Shown: piece by piece, positions 26,606 to 40,105 of the stretch
How positions within the stretch are numbered: the first letter of the stretch is position 1
How the letters are laid out: each line of letters opens with the position of its first letter
Notes under the pieces: model-generated
Told to the model about the DNA's origin: nothing
The model's database searches: none
Seen by the model: only the letters and a program-made list of their open reading frames with translations
Translations under genes and position numbers: made by a program
From: Spizellomyces punctatus DAOM BR117
Lineage: Eukaryota
Assembly (NCBI GenBank): GCA_000182565.2
Contig: KQ257450.1
Reading direction: 5' to 3' (one strand)
Length of the DNA stretch: 64,000 bases

Positions 26606-27590
26606 TCATGTTGCGGAAAGCCATGGGCCACCCGACGTTATCATCTGCTTAAACATGGATGTCCACGAACCATCTGAATTGGACGATATCACAATCTACG
26701 AGCGATAGATCAGCGTCTCATTCATATCGTCCAAAAGGAAGCCATACATACCTGAAATGGGAATGGATCATTGTTGACGATCGGCGGAATGTGATCTTTT
26801 TGCTCGTTTGTCATCTGGGAGATGCTGGTCAATGCTGTCACAAGATCTTTTTGGAGTGCCCGACGTGCATCGATATGTTCACGCTCAGTTCGGGATTCTC
26901 GTATGGTTATGGTAATGACCCATTGCTAAGAAAAATGAGATGCCATAAATACTTGAATTTTATATGCACTCTGCACAGCCTTTGACCAACCTCCCAACAA
27001 ACTTCTTCTTCGGTTTTCGTAAACCATGACTTTTTAGCCCGTCGTTCAAAAAACATGACAGCAATCTATTTAAAAAAAAACATGAATTACTGACTCTTGA
27101 TTCTCAGACCTCCATTCGCCTACCTTTCAAGCAAGAGCCCTCACCTGTCCTTTATTTCGTCCAGAAAGAGGCTCCAACGCTTTATCAAACATTCGGACCT
27201 TTTCATCAACGGCTCGTTCCAGTTCGGGATCTTCTAGACGGGCCTGTATTAACATTGGTCAGGTTATGGTTGCCACATGTGCCTAGACACCTTTATTGGC
27301 GACCTACATAGGTGACGTTCAGTGCATCGAGGTCAATTTCCATGGGCCGTTCTGAAGTGAAGCGTCTATGAAAGAGTATAGAGTGAAGGAGAGCTATTCG
27401 AGTCCGGTAAGCATATTCCTTTGCAATGTATAGTCCTGTGCGGCACTTGTTACTGTACCCTTCATCACCGCTGCCAAATAGTATCGGTCGACCACGAGCT
27501 CCAGGGGCATGACTGCCAAAGAACACTTGTCAGCTCAAACTTGAAGGACAAAAGACCGCTGAACTTACCAACTGGCGATATGGGAGCCAT
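26606..27590 (-). CDS. ATG101: Autophagy protein Atg101 (HORMA), multi-exon; mostly missed by the ORF track
   Basis: Spliced: MAPISPV|VMPLELVVDR..|ALLHSILFHRRF..LNVTY|..|IAVMFFERRAKKSWFTKTEEEVCWE (WF finger)..KDHIPPI..PFPFQ|I. Confidence 0.88.
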
Positions 27591-27724
27591 AATGTGAATT
27601 ATCCAGAACAAAGGGGAAAAAACAGGCGATCCGCTGGAGGGATCTACAAAACAGCGCAAGTTTATGTCACAAGCTCTTCCCAAAATCCCGACGCGCGACG
27701 CTTTGACTTTTGTCTCAACCTCTA

Positions 27725-28466
27725 ATGGACAATCCATTTTCTTTTGAAGACTTTGAAGCATTTCCACCACTCGAAGCCTTTGACCAACCGCCGAATCTCA
27801 CGGGCATACCTGACACCGACTTCTTTCCATACAACACCTTGCCAGATGCATCACAACTGCCCCCCGAACTTCCACCACCAGAACCAGTCCAGCAGCCTAT
27901 CGTGGTGGTTGAAGAAGAGCCGACATTTAGCCAACAAATAGACACATCAAGAGGATCGCTGCAAGAACAAATTGAAAATGTGAACGTTTTGCTGAGTCTG
28001 AATGATGAATTGAAAGATGCGTACACAGAGTTTTTTGGGAAAATGTGAGTGCCATGGAGTAGATTGCCAAACGTTCTTTCCTTTATCTTGTTTACAGAAT
28101 CGTAATGTTTACCCTGTCTCTCTTTGCTATTACCATAGCCAGAACGCACTCACCCATCCCTATCCATACCTAGCTGCTCAGAGTAAGTTTACACCCAAAT
28201 GCGCGCATCCGGAAAGGCCAGACTAACCATCGGACATTGTAGGAGACGCTCAAAACCTCAAACGCATCATCGCCAATTTCCAGGATCGTGCAAGAGAAAC
28301 CCATCTTCTCGCTCTTCCTGTTGCGACGGGAGTACAAATGACAACTCCAGACATACGAACCATGTCTATCGATTTGCAAGTGGAAATACAACGAACCGGG
28401 GTTGCTGCAAAAAGATTGGGGGAGGTTGTTGCGGCTGCTGCAGAGGCCGCACGGCCAAATACTTGA
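27725..28466 (+). CDS. Hypothetical protein of about 195 aa (acidic Phe/Pro-rich N-terminus, helical C-terminus), 3 exons
   Basis: Exons 27725-28044, 28139-28182 and 28243-28466 join in frame via GT-AG introns; no family recognised. Confidence 0.55.
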
Positions 28467-28819
28467 AACTGGAAGAGCAGTGATGAGTGTTTGTATATAA
28501 TAGATATTGGGCAAAAGGCTGTCTTGGAGGATGACGACCTTGTTTTATTGTTAAATGTTACATACGAATAGATTGACGACACACACCGGATCTGCAGTGA
28601 TGGGGACCCATTCGTCACCTTTGAATATCTGATGAGAGCCCGCTTTTGGACTCGACTCATTGCAACAATGTCCAAGACGACAAAAAGTTCAAAAGCCAAA
28701 GCTGAAAGTTCAAAAGATGTAGACACGTGCCACGAGCAAACGATACGAGCTCGCAAGTCATCTTGCAGTGATTCACCACAATTATCCCATTGGGGGCGGG
28801 GATGGTAGGCACTCTGAAA

Positions 28820-31800
28820 ATGGACCAAACTGTCCTACAAAACCTTTCAGCATGCCTCTCTCACGACCCAAATACTCGCATGGCCGCCGAGTTGCGCGCA
28901 AAGGAATTGCAACGATTACAGCCTGGTATGTCCACACGTCAAGATCATCACCAATTGTGAAAGTTGGATATCAAATGGGGTACAGCCATTCAGTCTTCTC
29001 TCTCTCTCGTTATTGCTTTAGATTATGCCCAGTATCTCACGCAAATTGCGGTGGGACCGAATTTCCCTCCTTCCGAACGCCAGTTGGCCGCTGTCTCGTT
29101 GAAAAACTATGTGGATACCCATTGGTCACGAAAAGCGGACGATAAGTTTGTTGGACCTGAGCCCCCAACAGAGGTTGCTATACTGCTGATCGCACATTCA
29201 ACATTGTCGGCTCATGAGCACGCTGACCCTGGAACGTATGCATTTGCGCGTAGGTCAAGGCAGCTGTCAAGTCAATGATATTACCAGGAATAAAAGACTC
29301 GAATAAGCGGATACGAGTTTTGATTGTATGTGCTCATCCATGCTTGCATAATGCTATATCAAGGGGTTCTGATCCTTTGGGTTATCTTTATTCACAGGCG
29401 TATGTCGTCTCCCGCATCGCGCATTTCGACTGGCCAGAGTCGTGGCCGGATCTATTTGACTCTCTTCTTGCGGATATTCGAGGCGGAAATGCAGACCACG
29501 TTCATGGCGCCATGCGGGTGTTGGCTGAATTCGTGAGGGATGACTTGACAGATCAGCATTTTCCGTACTTTGCGCCGGCGTTACTTCCCGAATTACATCG
29601 GATATTTGGCACCGAGGATGTAGGTTCATCTACATAGCTCTGAGCAGCAGAAATGGCATTTATTCACATGACGAAACCAGTCATACAGCCCTCGAGATCG
29701 TGCAAGGGCACTCGGAATGTTCAGGGACTTTGCGGATATCGCATACATGGTGTCCGACGAGCATCCTGAAGTCATCCGAAACTATGTCGAACCTCTATTA
29801 CCGACATGGATGGAGTCTTTCAAAAAGACTCTGGCAAATATAAACACCACGCCAGAATCACTCCCTGTAAAACATGAGGTGTTACGGGTACGTGCGGAAT
29901 GCGTCCCGTTTACCTCTGCGACAATGCTTATCATCCGTTTTCATGCCGTATAGACCCTCTGTAAGCTTGTCAAACAGTTCCCCAAACCAATGTCTCAGTA
30001 TACCCTTCAATTCCTTGAACCCGTCTGGAATCATCTCGTAGCACTACAAACACAGTACAGAGACGAACGAGTTACTCCCGCCGATGAGCTCCATGAAACA
30101 GTCGATGTTGATTCGGATGGGGAGGTTCTCGGATTTGAATCATTGCTTTATTCGCTGCTAGAATATGTGCAGTTGGTGGCAAGGAAGAAGGGTTTAAGGC
30201 ACATGTTTACCGTACCGATATCTGGGACACAAGGGCCGAAGCAGGCGGGGGATTTCTTGAGACATTTAATTGGAGTGGTTCTGACGTATTTGCAGATCAC
30301 AGCTGAAATGGTAATTCGAAAAGACGCGCTGCTGTGATGGGGCCCATCTAATACCAAAGTTTATAGGAAGAGACTTGGACGAATGATATGAACCAGTTCA
30401 TTCAGGATGATGAGGAAGAGGCTATGAGCTACAATGTTCGGATTGCCGTGGAGGAATTAATACTGGTATACATCAGGGATGCGTCCGTCCGTCAAAGTTT
30501 GGACATTCAATGTCTACATTTCTCTTGAACAGGCTCTGGTAGAATCGTTTCCAATTGAGACACTTCAAGCGCTTTCTCAAGCGGTGCAGAGCCAGTTTCA
30601 GGAATCGACAAAGACACGCGAGAATGGAAATAAAGCGTGGTGGAAAGTCCACGAAGCATGCCTATTGGCACTTGGACGTCTGAACGGAGAATTGATCGAT
30701 CACATACGGAGTCAGCGTCTGACGTTTGATCTGGAAGGCTTATTCAATCATGTGGTTTTGAGCGACATGAAATGCATTGGTAAGGAGCTCTCTATTGTTC
30801 AAATGGAACCACATACATGCAACTGACATTGCGCTTTGATGGCATAGAACATCCCTTTTTGCAGGGACGTGCATTGTGGTTTTCCAGCCAATTTGCTGAG
30901 GTCCTACCATCCCATTTGGTGTCCCAGTACATGGGAGCCGCGGTGGAAGCTTTGGGTCCCAATATCACCAGTGCAGCGGTGAAGGTATCTGCGCTCAAAG
31001 CTCTGCGGGGGTGAGAATGGCCGATGCAAACGTCTTGCTGTTATCCACACTCATACCCTACAGATTTTGTTTCCAGGTGGACGCAACACAGTTGGTACCG
31101 TTCCAGGCCCCAATCATTGAAGGGATTCTGCAGTTGTCAGAGTCTGCTTCTGAGGAAGCCCTGGCATTGTTGCTCGAGACTTTGGGAACAGTAGCCAAGG
31201 TGTGCTTTCATCGGTTGAATCAGCCGCAATGGATGGTGATTGATGTTTGGCTTTTTTAAAAAGGTGAATGAAGAAGTTACTGCCCGGTACGAGAGCATGA
31301 TTTCGAGGCTTGTGCTGAATGTGTGGGTCCGGGGTGCCGAGGGTAGGCCGTGCATCGCAACCATGACATACCTGAACTTTACCAGATTAAACTGCTCTCA
31401 ACTTTACAGACTTCCTTTTGACGGAGATTATCGTGGATCTTTTTAATGTGCTGGCAGCAAACAAATCCATGGCGGTGCCGTTTCAAGAGCATATGGTCCC
31501 AGCTGTTCGCGATGTCCTGCGGTTAGAAAATGTGGAAAAGATGCCTTGGGCGGTTGCTGTAAGTTTTATCGTTGCAATCCGCCGGCCGATATCTGTTAAT
31601 CAGCGTATTCCGATACATAGACTGCTTTAACCTTAATGACGGCGCTGATCAAGCACATACCAGAACCCTTCCCACCTGTCTACACGAACCAAGTGTTCCC
31701 CGACTTGATCCGAATGTTATTGGTCGTGGACGATCATAGCATTCTACAAAATGGCCAGGACACAGTGAAAGAACTCGTGCAAAGGGACGTGGCTGGCATC

Positions 31801-33264
31801 GCGAGGTGGACAGATGGGCAGAAAACCGGGCTGGATTACGTGATTCAGTTTATTGCCAAACTGTTGCATCCCTCGCAGTCGGAATCGGCGTCTATATTTG
31901 TTGGGGATTTGGTCACAAGATTGATTCAAAAGGTGGGCTTTGGATGGTTGAGGTTTCTGTGTGGAAACTTTTTAGCTGATCAAACAGTTATGGTAGGGCG
32001 GAAATGAGCTCACGCCGGTATTGCCCGAGCTTTTGACGGCTGTTGCACGGCGCTTACAGGCAGCCAAGACGTCATCCTTTATACAGGTACGAACTACTCA
32101 TTGTCAGGTAGGTGTAGGCACGTCCAACTCAGCCTGAATGCCTACCATTGTGCAGCAACTGGTGATGGTCTTCGCCCATCTCATCCTGAACCACCCGGAA
32201 ACCGTGATCGACTTTCTCAGCCAACTCGACCTTAATGGTAAAAACGGCCTAGAGCTGATCATTGAGCTGTGGTGTGAACATTTTGGTGATTTCCAGGGAT
32301 TTTATAGTATTAAAGTCAGGTGGGTGCTGCACCATCATTGGTCTCGTAGTTTGCCCCATGCATACGTAGTAATTGATGTCGTTCCTTTTCAGTGCTTTGG
32401 CAATGAGTAAGCTACTACTGAGTGGTGATACGCGGCTACAGGCTTTGCAGGTCAAGGGTGACGAGATTGTGGTGTCAAACAGTATGTGGGGAGATTTGAT
32501 AGAGTTGGAGGATCACGATACTGATTCTTTTGACCTCTTTTTGATGTGTAGAGATCATTACGCGTTCCATGACAAGACAACGTGAGAACAGTTATTTTTA
32601 TCAGCATGGAGTCATTGACACAGATTGTTAACTGTCTGTACGGTGTAAACAGGTCCAGCGCAATATAGTGTCATCCCGTTTCCAGCTAAAGCTATCAAGC
32701 TCTTGCTTGTTGAGCTACAGCATCAGACTGAGAGTCAGATGGGAAGGGTATCCCGACGGGGAATTCCGGACGATGAGGAGGAGACCACTGAGGGTGTGGA
32801 TTCTGACGAAGTAGGTTTTTGCTGTTTGATACATTTAGTTTTTTTTCTCTTAATGATGTATCTAGGATTGGGAGGATGTGGATCCCATCCAGAGTGACGA
32901 CTTTTTGGCTGGTGAGGCTGTCGTGCATGTCTATATCCTTTTTCAAGCACCTAACAAATTCAATGTATTCAGATTTGCTCAGTAAGGGCGGAGTCGTTGA
33001 CGTGGATGCAACCGACTATGAGGGAGCCGATGAAGAGCTTTGGAGTAATCCCATTTATCAAATGGATTTAAAGGTGTCGTTTCTGATTCTTTTTTATACC
33101 ATTTTACAAATACTCTTGCAATAACACACAAAAACATTCAACAGGCGTACCTAGCCGAATTCTTTCAAACCTCTGCAAGAGAAAACACGCACGGATTTTT
33201 GCAACTCTGCGACCGGTTTCTGAACGAAGCGGAAAAGGAACGGTTGAGAGGAATTGTAGGGTGA
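28820..33264 (+). CDS. IPO9: Importin-9 / Kap114 (HEAT repeats), many exons
   Basis: RQLAAVSLKNYVDTHW, IAHFDWPESWPDLF, VHGAMRVLAEF, PFLQGRALWF, ESASIFVGDLV, IITRSMT, PFPAKAIKLL, acidic loop. Confidence 0.92.
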
Positions 33265-33381
33265 AAATATATAATTTTTTTTGTATTTATGTTCTTTATT
33301 TTTTGAGAGATGCTATTGTGCAATTGGGGAGAATAGATTTTATGGCAAGTGTGTTGTTTTTTCGCAATTTGCATAATAACT

Positions 33382-34138
33382 TTACAAGAGACTTTCCAAC
33401 CCTTTAACCAACCTCTTTACGAAACGCGGACCCAAGAAAGCTTCAAGCGTATGCTGTTTCTCTAGAGTTGTTTTTGGTGGAGTGGGTGCGAGATAAACTG
33501 TCAACAGTTCAATGCATTTATGTCTGGAGATTTATCGCAATTGAAGCAAATAAAACCCGACAATGCATTTTACACAAAGGTAGAAAACTTACCGTAACCT
33601 TTCCTCCGTTCTCGAATCCACCAAGATGTGACATACTTTTTCTAAAGCTCCCTGTTCAAATACCTTAACAACCAAAAAAAGGTCACCAATCAACATTCAT
33701 CATCATCCCATATCTTTTTCAAAAAACTACAACATACCTCACACCCCTCACAATAATCCACCAAAAAAGCCTGCAAAGCCTCAAGGGCCTCCATCCCACA
33801 CTTGTTCTCAATACAATTCACAAGGGCATCTAGGACCCCTTTTCGCAACGCCATGGATTTCGTTGGAGGGTGTAGAATGAATAATGGGGTGAGGAGGGAG
33901 ATGTGGGGTGGAGAGTCGAGGTGCGTGAGTAGGGTTTGGAGGATTTGGGGGATGTGGGGTTTGAGGTGGGGTGGGAGGGTGGGTTGGGATGTAAAGAGGT
34001 GAGTTAGATGGGGGATCTATTTTAAATAATGTGTGTGTGTGTGCGTGAGGGGTAGGTGCAAAAGTAGAGTGATTTGGACTTTCTTACAGTGAGGTTTAGA
34101 GAGTTGGGATGGGATTGGGTGGTGGGTGTGTGGAGCAT
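33382..34138 (-). CDS. Septation initiation network Cdc14-like protein (S. pombe-type, not the phosphatase); absent from the ORF track
   Basis: Spliced product contains LFILHPPTK, ALEALQAFLVD, VFEQGALEKV, KCIELLTVYL and TTLEKQHTLEAFLG, matching remembered SIN Cdc14 motifs LHPPS / KxxEFLxFYL / TxEKQ. Confidence 0.6.
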
Positions 34139-34350
34139 GGTCGCTCTTGTTTCTTATACAAGTGCAGCTGAACAATCTTGAAAACGAGAGCGGAACGATT
34201 ACGTTGGACGCGTCAGTCTTCTTGACAATGCATCAAAAAACCTTGAGTTTACGACACTTTTTTTTTTTTTCTTGCCAATAAGATATATTTCGCAAACATA
34301 AAAGGAAGATATCCTTTATAAAAAATATAAACCAAACGAAAACCCAACAT

Positions 34351-37300
34351 CTATCCCAAAACCGACACCAAACCTCCAACCCGTCCCCGCCAACTCTCAA
34401 CCTCAACCACATCCCCCCCAACAGAAACAAGAGCATAAGCCTGATTCTTTAAACTCTCCTCAAAAACAATCTGATCCATACGAAATGCAACAAGAGCGTT
34501 ACCACCAAGTGCAAACGCATGGGCCCGGCAAATGGCGTACATTTCCACTAGGAAGGTGTGTGTGAAGCCTCCCATGCCTGTATTGCCCGTCCCGAGTTCA
34601 AAGACCATGGCGGCTTCTTTTACGAAATGGAGGGAGATGCGGCCTAGAAAGCGAGTGAGGCGGGTGTTGGGAATGTACCATAGGGGTGTAATGTCAATAA
34701 AAGGGTTGTCGGTAAGGGTAAGCGAGAGGTGGAGGGCGGTAGGTGTGCTTGGACGGGTGGGAGGGTCATTCACGGAGGGGGGTGTGCTGTGTGATGTGTG
34801 GGAAGAGGGGCGGTTCGGATCCGTATCGGTCTCCTGGTCGTCTTCAAGAGAAAACACCATACCGTCCTCGAGGGAATGCGTCGAGGACTGAGAGACGAGA
34901 GAGACCTTGGTCGGCGCCCGAGCAGGTCCAGGGACTTTTTTAAGCGAATCACCCAATGCAAAGCTCTCGTTCGATGCCTGGACATCGACGGGGTCACCTT
35001 GCTGAACAATCTGCCCAAGCGCAATCCCTGTCAGCGCAATCTGGATCTCATTGTCCTTGATGAGCTGGACATCGTAATTTAAACCTCCGACAATGCAAGG
35101 TTTGAAATAGGCCAATTGGAAGACCAGTTCCTGGTAAAGGTTTTTGAAAATATCAGCTAGTTGACGATTAGGGTGGTGAGACACCACACTAATGGCAGCG
35201 TGTTTGACAATGGACACCATTTGAATGTGGTAGAGGTTGTGAGGTTGAAAGAGGGTATCGGACTTAGGTGCCACGCCGGTATTACACATTTGGAAATCGT
35301 CTGGGAAACTCGGGTCCTGCATCAACACCAAATCTTCATCTTGTTCATCGTCGATTTGAACCACGACGCTACGATGTCGTCGAAATTCCTGCTCATCCTC
35401 TGAATCGCTGTCCGACTCGCTTCCGGAATCCGTCTCGCTTTTTGCAACTTGGTCCGACTCGCCAGCTTGTTGTGCACCACAATCATCATTCAAATCCAAC
35501 TGCGATAAAGCCTGTTCAATCATCTTGCGATTGCTTTCGCTTCGCAACATGATTTTTCGTTGAATCTCCAAAAGTTTTTTGTCCTCTTCGTCTACAACGT
35601 CCAAATTTCGAAAGACTTTCATGGCAGGCGGGGGTGGCAAGGCGCGAACAAAGACCGCCGTACCCGTCGCAACGGCCGTCATGAGCGACTCGCCCACACT
35701 ATACTGGATTTTCAATCCAAAGACAGCGTTGAGGCCATATATCCGGAGTTTGTACATTAATTGTCGGTGAATGTCGTACTGCGCGAACGGAATGGATTCA
35801 CTAACGACAGAAGGACGGGAGTCTCCGTGGGTTTTGCGGTACCGGCAGACTAGATATCAAGAGTCACAATAACGTCCAAAAACGATGCAGCACGCATATA
35901 GCACGCACCATGCGCTTCCAACAAAATTCCGTTCCCAACCGTATCCAATTCAGAAGGCGGTTCAATTGTCGTCAACAAGACTTCTGGAACATGTTTCTTT
36001 TTACATACACCACATTTCGCATACGACATGGGAAAGGGTGATTCTTCGCGTCTGTAGGTTATATGACAGGCTTGACAGCCTAAGAGTACCCGTCAGGTGT
36101 TGCACAATCAATCGGAAAGTTCCAAAAAACCGACCTTTGGCACGTTTGCGCTTCCGCTTCCGTCTCGCAAAAGCTTCTAAAAAGCTCTCACGATATTCGC
36201 TCCCACTAATGGACGTCCTATGGACAGGTGCACTTTGCGTAACCGATCCCACTGCCTCATCCCCTCTTGGCTCCCATCCAGTTACCGAATTCATCCTTGA
36301 AGAATGAGCAGTACCGGAAAAGGAATTCATAACCGACAGATCCAATATAGCTGCAGTACCACTACAATGCAATACAGCCAATTCATCACTGATGGACGTG
36401 TTTTCGCTGTACCCAATGACAAAAGGACACCCCAGCGCCCGCGCATGGGATTTTATTTCATCGCGAAGCTCTGTCCACCAGGCCTCGCGTATGTCCTTGG
36501 AGTCGTTTTCAATCACTTTGACGGATGTGGCGGATATGAGGCCACCAATGCCCAGGATGGCGCCAGTGGGAAAATTATGGAGGGTAAGTGTCATGTGTTC
36601 GGCGGATTTGTATCCCGTTGCTGCCGAGGCGACAAGGAGAGCAGAGGGTTGTTCTTCGAGAAACGAGGATCCGTTCTCAGAGAGCTCTTCAGGTGTCAGT
36701 GTCGCTTTGGCTGTTGTGGCCATTCCAGATGCGAGGGGGGAGACGGACGGAAGGTGTTCAGAAAAGGGGGTATTCAAAGGGGAGGCACCTGGAGTTTGCA
36801 TGGATGACCATGACTGTCCTCGGTCGAGAGATACTTGATCTGGCACGGAGAGGCGAACAGCGGTTCCAATCGCTCGAGCGGTAATGGCTCTCTCCTCGCT
36901 CTCTATATCAAAACACTGTTTAAACCCAACGACGGCATTACCGTTGAGTTCGAGCACTTTTTTGCCAAGCTGTCGACGTAATTGTCCGCTGAGGCGGTAC
37001 ATGACGCGTGTGCGCGACTCGTTTGATGTACGGGGAGTACGGAAATTATCGCTCCAGTGCTGCAAAATGTGTGTCAGTTTCTGGACATTCTAGAGGCGTA
37101 AGATGGTTGCCTTACATATTCCGGATCATCTTCATTGTCTAGCGCGGAAACGAATCCGAGAACAGCCACCACGTTGACATTGGGTGGTAGAGATGTCATG
37201 GTATAGAATTGCACACCCGCCGAACTATCTAATCGCAAGGACGCATGTCAGTTCTTGTACGAGTACGCCAGTACACTGGCGGACTTTTACCTTTAAAAGG

Positions 37301-38007
37301 GTTCACATCTCCAAAGAATTGCAAGCGAACCTGGACATTCAATTCACCCCTCGCTCCCCGCAGAGTATCAAATCTGCCCAAAAATGATCGTCAAGCGGCT
37401 TTCAAAGATATGCATTTTGGATAGGAATCCATTTCCCAGAACGCAAAACTCACATGGGTATCCAGCCTGAAATCTGCGCCATAGAATCCCACGTCAAAAG
37501 CGGATTCAAATCAATAAAAACTGTTCCAATCGAATCATTGTATGTGATTTGATCATAGTCCATGACTTTGAGTTCTAGGGGTTCGTTTTGAAGGTCTGCG
37601 TCGTTGCTGACTTCCTGACGATGGATGTTAGTAAAAGACGAAAGAATGGATCGTGTTTTGAAAACACAGAGAGAGACTGAGGAAAAAGAGTTGCACGTAC
37701 AAAACGGAAATCCTCGTTCCAGATGGGATTAAGACTTCGTCGGTAAATTTGCGTCCGGTATTCTTCGTAATCTGCAAACTTGACCTCGACAAATGCATCT
37801 ATACGGTGCGTTAACAAGGTTCATGAGGATTCAAAGAAACCCATGTTGGTACCTGTCAGCTCGGTTGCCCTGTCCATGACGGGGAGATTCCTCGCCGCAA
37901 CAATGCGGACTTTGAGTATACATGGCTATAACAAAAAGACGCATAATCATCATCAACAAACCAGAACGCATTATTCAAACAGTCACAAAAAGCCAAGAAC
38001 ATACCAT
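34351..38007 (-). CDS. C2CD5: C2 domain-containing protein 5-like (N-terminal C2 plus YbjQ-like repeats)
   Basis: M|PCILKVRIVAARNLPVMDRATELT|DAFVEVKF; WSDNFRTPRTSNESR; GKKVLELNGNAVVGF; REAWWTELRDEIKSHARALGC; ALGGNALV. Confidence 0.9.
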
Positions 38008-38239
38008 ATCGTAAAATAAAGCCCTTTCACACTCGCTTCATCAAAAGAAAATCGTCGTGAAATGATGACAATTTCCAATATCTTTTTACAAAGCGAATGA
38101 AATATTCCCACGCGTCTTGACTCAAACGCCTCAGTCGTCAATCACGCAAGCAGTGTTGATCACGCGCACTTTCTTTGGGCTTGTTGCTTTTGGGGGAGAG
38201 TTTTCCATCGCAGTTTTCATCTTTCTTCCAAAGCAAACG

Positions 38240-38293
38240 ACAGCAGCAGCAGCAGCAGAAAGGAACAAACGAACGAACGACGACGACGACGAC
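38240..38293 (+). repeat. (GCA)n and (GAC)n microsatellites upstream of the ATG8 start
   Basis: acagcagcagcagcagcag; gacgacgacgacgac. Confidence 0.75.
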
Positions 38294-38358
38294 AAGTTTC
38301 TATACAATTCTCCAATTACAGGTTTTCCCTTTGTGACACTCCCACTCTATTAAAAGCC

Positions 38359-38907
<549 letters not shown>

Positions 38908-39985
38908 TGGTCAAGTCAAATGCGTCCGCGTATGAAAGTTGCACCCCGTTTTTTTTTTTATGTAAATATCGGCAGTTGTGAGGGTTTGTTCTGGGTAGGA
39001 AAAAGCTGTTCTGGTACATGTTGAGCTCCTTGTTTTCTGTTTGTGCTATTCTTGTTGTCTTTTTTTTTTTTTTTTGTATTGCGACACACAAATGAGTGAG
39101 GTGGATAGGATATCTGCAAAAAACATGTAGTTGTTTATGTTCTATACTGCGTATCCTTTTTTGCTTTGGAACGAAGTGCAAGGTCTTGGTTTTTTGTGGA
39201 GAAACTCTGAACCCTCCGACTAGTCGTGGCATGACCTACTTTCTACTGGCGTGACTCTGTGCAGGTGACAGCCAAGTTGACAGCCTACGCTCCAAAGCAA
39301 ATGAACCTACAGGACTGTTCGAATAGACGATGGACTTTGACCATGAGTGTCCTCAACTATAAAGTTTGCAACATGCCAGTTTTCGTATGCTATCATTCAT
39401 CAAATCTGTGTTGCACTACTGCCAGGATATCTCCAACCCTCAATAATACGAGACGCTTTTCACTGTAGTAAACTAGACGGTATGGACAAAACGCTGGGGA
39501 CGTTGGCATGGGTTACTTTTGAAGCTTTCATATCAGAGCGTTGCGCATACATGCCATTGCCCAAATCATGATAAAAGGACATGCGCAAATGTTCATTTAC
39601 ACAAAAGGCCCATCCCAGTGAATACATGATTTCACATTGATGAAACACCACAGGATATTAATCGAGAACCTCCCAGGAAGGTTCACTCTCAAAGCAGTTT
39701 GCAGTAGAATATTGGTCAAGGAAAGTACGATATTCCTACGATTGTTTGACAATTTGTTCAGGCATTTGTCTCGCTTGTACATGTTATGGGTATTAGGCAT
39801 ACTGGGATCCAAGCATCATCAGTAGGTCATAAATACACAAGGTTGATGTCGATCATGAAAAGACGGTCTATCCAAACCAAGCTACAGATAGTAGAGGAAA
39901 CGTAAAGCTTGTGATCCTCTTGCATGGCTTGTAGATCCATGGACCTATGATAATTTAGATAAGAGTACAGTTTGATGAATGGTTT

Positions 39986-40105
39986 NNNNNNNNNNNNNNN
40001 NNNNNNNNNNNNNNNNNNNNNNNNNNNNNNNNNNNNNNNNNNNNNNNNNNNNNNNNNNNNNNNNNNNNNNNNNNNNNNNNNNNNNNNNNNNNNNNNNNNN
40101 NNNNN
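39986..40105. other. Assembly gap (N run) within a roughly 3 kb region lacking a recognisable gene
   Basis: Run of N bases. Confidence 0.95.

Noticed and set aside
28098-28101. 4-nt micro-exon in the orphan gene
   Set aside because: A single intron 28045-28138 gives a longer, more plausible reading frame without it.
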